28,655 nt of DNA. It comes from Candidatus Altiarchaeota archaeon. Its GTDB lineage: Archaea > Altiarchaeota > Altiarchaeia > IMC4 > SCGC-AAA252-I15. The notes below the pieces were generated by a model that saw only the letters and a list, made by a program, of their open reading frames with translations, did not search any database and was not told the DNA's origin. Made by a program: the position numbers and the translations under genes. Of this stretch, positions 24,306 through 28,655 are shown piece after piece; position 1 is the stretch's first letter; each line of letters starts with the position of its first letter. Location of the stretch: assembly GCA_043804895.1 (NCBI GenBank), contig JAZDIN010000006.1, positions 1 to 28,655 on the forward strand, given 5' to 3'.

Positions 24306-25427
24306 ATGTTCGACGAGACGTATTCCTACCTTGTCAGAAAGTTCGACTACAGGTTGCTTGCTGCATTGACTCCTGCAGTTGCCGCGTTGTTTGTCGTCGT
24401 GATACTATTCAACGGCCTAGAGTACGGCCTGGATTTTAAGGGCGGAATGTGGATGGACGCGCTGACAGACAACAGTATTGACGCGGGCAAGATTAATGCC
24501 ATCACCGGGGAGCTTGAGGCTGCAGGCTTGAAGGACGTGAAAGCTGACGTAGGGTTTGACGTGAACACCGGTATGAACAAACTTAACATCCAGACTACGA
24601 CCGTCCTGGAGGACAACAAGGAAGTGAAGGGCATAATAGCCAGATACGCCGGCGATTTGACAGACTACGACACCGCGACAGTGAAGCTTTCCACGAAGCC
24701 GCCTGCTGGGCTGAAGGAAAACCTTGTGAAGAGGCTGAAGTACGGGGTAGACTTAGAATATGGGGATGGCACCCTCACAGTAAGGTCGCTTGATTTGAAC
24801 AAGGAGGAACTCGACAGCGCACTATCATACTACCTTACCGAGAAGGTCGAAGTCAAGCTTGCGAAAAAGAACTTTAACATGCGCTCTGTAGGCCCCACAT
24901 TAGGTGAGACATTCAGGAGCCAGGGCTTCAAGGCACTTTTCGCCTCGTTCGTACTCATGTCGATTGTTGTGTTCTTTGCGTTCAGGGAGTTCATACCCTG
25001 CGTCGCAGTCATACAGGCAGCAGTCTGCGACATCTTAATAGCCCTGGGGGGGATGAGCCTCCTCCACATACCGCTTGAGCCAGCCTCGATAGGCGCGCTT
25101 CTGATGCTCATAGGTTACTCAGTGGACACAGATATCATGCTAACCACAAGAACCTTGAAAGACAGGTCAGCTAAGTTCGACGAGCTCGTCGATGACGCAG
25201 TGAAGACAGGATTGACTATGACAGGCACGACCCTGACTGCATTAGTGATAATATACATCATATCCGTCACACTGACGCAGATTCCGCTTTGGAGCAACAT
25301 AGCAGCAGTTCTAATAATCGGCCTATTGGCAGACATACCAGCGACATGGCTGACTAACGCGGGCATGATAAAATGGTATGTTGAGTCAGGCGGCAGGCAC
25401 ATGAAGCTGCTTCGGAGGAGAAGATGA
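24306..25427 (+). CDS. secF: Protein translocase subunit SecF
   Basis: GLDFKGG, SVGPTLG, IGALLMLIGYSVDTDIMLTTR, 6 TM. Promoter-like TTTTTAAG at 24275-24282. Confidence 0.93.
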   Translation: MFDETYSYLVRKFDYRLLAALTPAVAALFVVVILFNGLEYGLDFKGGMWMDALTDNSIDAGKINAITGELEAAGLKDVKADVGFDVNTGMNKLNIQTTTVLEDNKEVKGIIARYAGDLTDYDTATVKLSTKPPAGLKENLVKRLKYGVDLEYGDGTLTVRSLDLNKEELDSALSYYLTEKVEVKLAKKNFNMRSVGPTLGETFRSQGFKALFASFVLMSIVVFFAFREFIPCVAVIQAAVCDILIALGGMSLLHIPLEPASIGALLMLIGYSVDTDIMLTTRTLKDRSAKFDELVDDAVKTGLTMTGTTLTALVIIYIISVTLTQIPLWSNIAAVLIIGLLADIPATWLTNAGMIKWYVESGGRHMKLLRRRR

Positions 25428-27007
25428 TTAAGGCAATCTCCCATTGGAAGGTGATACTGCCTCTCGTGTGCATATTCATATCCCTGCTTTTGATATCGAA
25501 CGTGATACAACTCAACAAGAACATGGGACTGGGCTTCGGGAACGGGCTCGACTATGGGCTGGACTTCGCAGGCGGCACACAGATACAGTTGAGGCTTGAA
25601 AGCCAGGTGACTTCGGAGATAATGTCTTTGGAGAAGAACATACTCGAGAACAGGCTGAACAGCATGGGGTTGAAGGACATACCTGTGAGGCCTTGGGGCG
25701 ACCAGTACATGCTGATACAGATTGCGCAGTCCACACCCGAGGAGATCGAAAACATAGAGAACATACTGAAGCAGCAGGCCAGGTTCGAGGAGAGGATAGA
25801 GGGGGAACTAGCCATAAAGGGCGATGAGATTAAGGTCGACCTCGGACCAAGCGGCACTGAGTTGTACAAGCTTCAGGACGGCTTTTACTGGTCTGTTGCT
25901 GTAAACCATAACAAGGACGGGGCATGCCGATTCGGAAAGGTGGGCGACGGCAAGAGGGGAAGCGCAGTTGACATATTCATAGACAGGCCTGAGAACACAA
26001 CTATTGTCTTCTTTGAGGGAGACTATCAGCTCCTCAACAACCTAACAGAAACCAGCGACTCAGACAGATTCTTCTTCGGGTACACGACAATCGATGTCAT
26101 CCAGAACAGGTCAAGGATACCGGTTGTGAGCTTTTCAAACACGACGCAGACTTTAGGGCAGCTCATGAAGCTGAAGTCTGAGGGGTATTATGAAGTGATA
26201 CTTGCAGGCGACGAAGGTAGGATATCTGACGAGCTGAGGAATAGGCTAGAGGAGGAGGGATTCAAGACCAGGAGGGACGCCATAGGCAACCGTTCCTATA
26301 CCAGCTGGATTTCACAACTCATCGGCCTCCAAAGTTCACCGAGGCTGGACTTTGACACCCGCGGGGAATGCGTTTATGAGGCAAGGATTACAGGAACCTC
26401 ATCCACACTAGAGGATGCGAGGCTTGAGGTGCAAAACAACAAGGTCCTCTTGACGTCAGGGAACCTTCCCGTCAGATTGACTGTGGAGTCTAAGTCCACT
26501 ACTCCTCCGACACTCGGTAGGAAGTTCCTGCTGTACAGCCTTTACACTGGGCTTGTCGCAATCGCTGCCGTCGCATTAGTCATATACCTTAGGTATAGGA
26601 GGGCGGAGATCGTTGTGCCAGTTATGTTCACGGGGATAGGGGAGATAGTACTCATCCTCGGATTTGCAGCATTCATAAACTGGGAACTGGATTTGGCAGG
26701 AATAGCAGGTATAATTGCATCCGTCGGAACAGGAGTGAACGACCAGATCATTATAACAGACGAGACCTTGAAGAGGAGCAGACATAAGAAGGCGCTGAGC
26801 ATAGCAGAGAGGATTAAGAGGGCTTTTTCAATAGTCTTCACAGCAGCCGCGACGATTGTGGCAGCTATGATACCCCTGCTGGGAATCGGAGCTGGCATGC
26901 TCAAAGGCTTCGCATTCACTACCATAATCGGCGTCCTGATAGGGATAATCATAACAAGACCTGGCTACGCTAAGGTGATGGAGGAGATACTTAGGGGAGA
27001 GGAGTGA
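25424..27007 (+). CDS. secD: Protein translocase subunit SecD
   Basis: YGLDFAGG, ILENRLN..GLKD, LTSGNLP, PPTLG, IAGIIASVGTGVNDQIIITDE, LKGFAFTTIIG, ITRP. Confidence 0.94.
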   Translation: MIKAISHWKVILPLVCIFISLLLISNVIQLNKNMGLGFGNGLDYGLDFAGGTQIQLRLESQVTSEIMSLEKNILENRLNSMGLKDIPVRPWGDQYMLIQIAQSTPEEIENIENILKQQARFEERIEGELAIKGDEIKVDLGPSGTELYKLQDGFYWSVAVNHNKDGACRFGKVGDGKRGSAVDIFIDRPENTTIVFFEGDYQLLNNLTETSDSDRFFFGYTTIDVIQNRSRIPVVSFSNTTQTLGQLMKLKSEGYYEVILAGDEGRISDELRNRLEEEGFKTRRDAIGNRSYTSWISQLIGLQSSPRLDFDTRGECVYEARITGTSSTLEDARLEVQNNKVLLTSGNLPVRLTVESKSTTPPTLGRKFLLYSLYTGLVAIAAVALVIYLRYRRAEIVVPVMFTGIGEIVLILGFAAFINWELDLAGIAGIIASVGTGVNDQIIITDETLKRSRHKKALSIAERIKRAFSIVFTAAATIVAAMIPLLGIGAGMLKGFAFTTIIGVLIGIIITRPGYAKVMEEILRGEE

Positions 27008-27053
27008 GCCCCAAGGTTCTTAACTGTCCATTCACAATATCTCAACCGATATT

Positions 27054-27359
27054 ATGAACGAGCTTGACAGGATTAAGGCACTCGAAAAGGAGCTGGCAGC
27101 AAAGCTCGAAAAGACCAAGACAGAGAGTACTGAAAAGGTTGAGAAGGCTAAGGCTGCGAGGAGGGGGGAGTTAGATTCTGCGGTGAAGAAGGCGACTGCT
27201 GATGCTGAGAGGGTTATCAGGGAGTCCGAGGCTAAGGCTGAAGCTGAGGCTACAGACATTAGAGACAAGACTGAGAAGAGCGTATTGGAGCTCAGAGAGA
27301 GGTTCACGAAGAATTCTGATAAGGCTGCCGCACACATATTGAAGGAGTTGGGTGTTTGA
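27054..27359 (+). CDS. atpH: A/V-type ATP synthase peripheral stalk subunit H (archaeal)
   Basis: 101-aa A/E/K-rich coiled coil immediately before subunit I. Confidence 0.8.
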   Translation: MNELDRIKALEKELAAKLEKTKTESTEKVEKAKAARRGELDSAVKKATADAERVIRESEAKAEAEATDIRDKTEKSVLELRERFTKNSDKAAAHILKELGV

Positions 27360-28655
27360 ATGCTGAAGCCGGTTCGCATGTGCAGGCTGGATTGCATAAT
27401 CGCCAAGGAGATAAAAGACGATGTTATCGGCCGGCTGCGCGCCGAAGGCGTGGCACAGGTGGATGTGCTCTCCAACGAGGAGCTTGAGAAGGCTGACATT
27501 GGAAGGGACGCACCGCTTCAGAGGGCTAATGAGGTGTCAGCGCTTCTTGCGAGGGCCAGGTCAGTTATAGAGTCAATTGCCCCGTATGGAAGAGGAGTAG
27601 ATTTCCTGGAGGGAGTGCTGAATGTTAGAAGGACACAAAAGAGAGAAGTTGAAGACTGCAGCTTTGGCAGAGTGAAGGTTAAGGCTGAGAAGATTCTCGC
27701 AATAGTCGAGGACGACGTACATACCAGCATAAAGAGACTCAAGGAGGCAGGTGAAACAAAAAACAAGCTTGCTGAAACCCTAGTAAAGCTGGAGCCTGTT
27801 AAGGAACTGAAGGTACCGGTAAGTCACTTCACATCAAGCGTATTCCTGCGCTCTGTCATTGGCGTGATACCGAAGGATGGTGAAACAACGCTTGTGAGGA
27901 GTCTGGAGGAGAAATTCCACAGGGAGTGCGCCGCCACAGCCTTAGTCAGAGAAAAACACAGGATTGTGATAGCAGTCCACGTCATGAAAGAGAGGTCATG
28001 CGAGCTTGAGCAGGTTCTCAGGGTGTCTGGCTTTGAGGAGTTGAATGTCGAAGGCGACGGGACATTCATGGACGCATATTATGAGACTAAAACCCGTATT
28101 GTGAAGCTTGAGAAGGAGACTGGTAAGCTGGCTGCAAGACTCAAGGAAGTTTATGTGGATAGGAACAGCTACCTCCACGTAGTTGATGAACTTCGGAGAT
28201 TAGAGGAGGAGAGATGCACCGTGTTTAACAGGTTAGGGTCAACAGATAAGGTGTCTTACTTGAGGATGTGGGTTCCAAGAAAACGTTGCCAGGGGATCGT
28301 CGACGCTATTGAGGAGGAGGCTGGCGGACTCTCCTCTTTTGAGATAGATTGGGAGCCGCAGGACGCACCGAGTCTACTTGAGAACCCATCCATATTCAAA
28401 CCGTTTGAGATGTTCACACGCATGTATTCGATACCCAGATACAACCAGATAGACCCTACAGTCGTCACCGCGCCGACCTTCGTGATTTTCACAGGATTCA
28501 TGATAGCAGACGCAATGTACGGTCTGATTCTACTGTCAATTTCCCTGCTCATGATGAGGAGATACGGAAGATACTCTAAGGGGATATCAGACATAATGTT
28601 CATACTGTTGTGCTGCAGCATATCCACGATAATATTTGGTGTGTTGACAGGAAGC
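27360..28655 (+). CDS. atpI: A/V-type ATP synthase subunit I (3'-truncated by window edge; not in ORF track)
   Basis: Open from ATG 27360 to the window end: MLKPVRM..., MWVP, APSLLENP..FKPFEMFTRMYSIPRYNQIDPT, GFMIADAMYG. Confidence 0.95.
   Translation, partial: MLKPVRMCRLDCIIAKEIKDDVIGRLRAEGVAQVDVLSNEELEKADIGRDAPLQRANEVSALLARARSVIESIAPYGRGVDFLEGVLNVRRTQKREVEDCSFGRVKVKAEKILAIVEDDVHTSIKRLKEAGETKNKLAETLVKLEPVKELKVPVSHFTSSVFLRSVIGVIPKDGETTLVRSLEEKFHRECAATALVREKHRIVIAVHVMKERSCELEQVLRVSGFEELNVEGDGTFMDAYYETKTRIVKLEKETGKLAARLKEVYVDRNSYLHVVDELRRLEEERCTVFNRLGSTDKVSYLRMWVPRKRCQGIVDAIEEEAGGLSSFEIDWEPQDAPSLLENPSIFKPFEMFTRMYSIPRYNQIDPTVVTAPTFVIFTGFMIADAMYGLILLSISLLMMRRYGRYSKGISDIMFILLCCSISTIIFGVLTGS

Noticed and set aside
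1-28655. Mobile elements, CRISPR arrays, diversity-generating retroelement, defence systems, rRNA/tRNA, recoded stop codons
   Set aside because: No transposase, integrase, reverse transcriptase or cas ORF, no long direct repeats noticed by eye, intergenic gaps are short, and recognised genes have intact frames.

Overview
Gene-dense archaeal chromosomal segment. Archaeal markers are L34e, archaeal adenylate kinase, class I CCA-adding enzyme, topoisomerase VI A/B, Sec61beta, secF-secD order, A/V-type ATPase and a class III pilin. Cys-rich and Thr-rich surface proteins suggest a DPANN, possibly Altiarchaeota-like, lineage (inference). Contents in order: the end of a glycine-cleavage/lipoate cluster (gcvPB, lipA, split lplB-lplA, lpdA); a pilin and a TPR gene; an adk-DUF106-rpl34e-cmk operon detached from secY; CCA enzyme with a radical SAM gene; KH-top6B-top6A; coaB; mini-metV with metF; coaD and a gamma-CA family gene; secFD; and the start of the ATP synthase operon. 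No tRNA, rRNA, CRISPR array or transposase was seen. The most unusual signals are: (1) a ~150-nt AT-rich intergenic element upstream of the pilin, with two long hairpins joined by an 8-bp loop-loop pseudoknot (candidate novel ncRNA or cis-element); (2) an EMC3/TMCO1-type (Oxa1 superfamily) insertase carrying a circularly permuted DUF11 Ig-like domain in its outer loop; (3) a RyR-repeat-like orphan where secY usually sits; (4) two membrane-tethered winged-helix proteins; (5) small genes missed by the ORF track.
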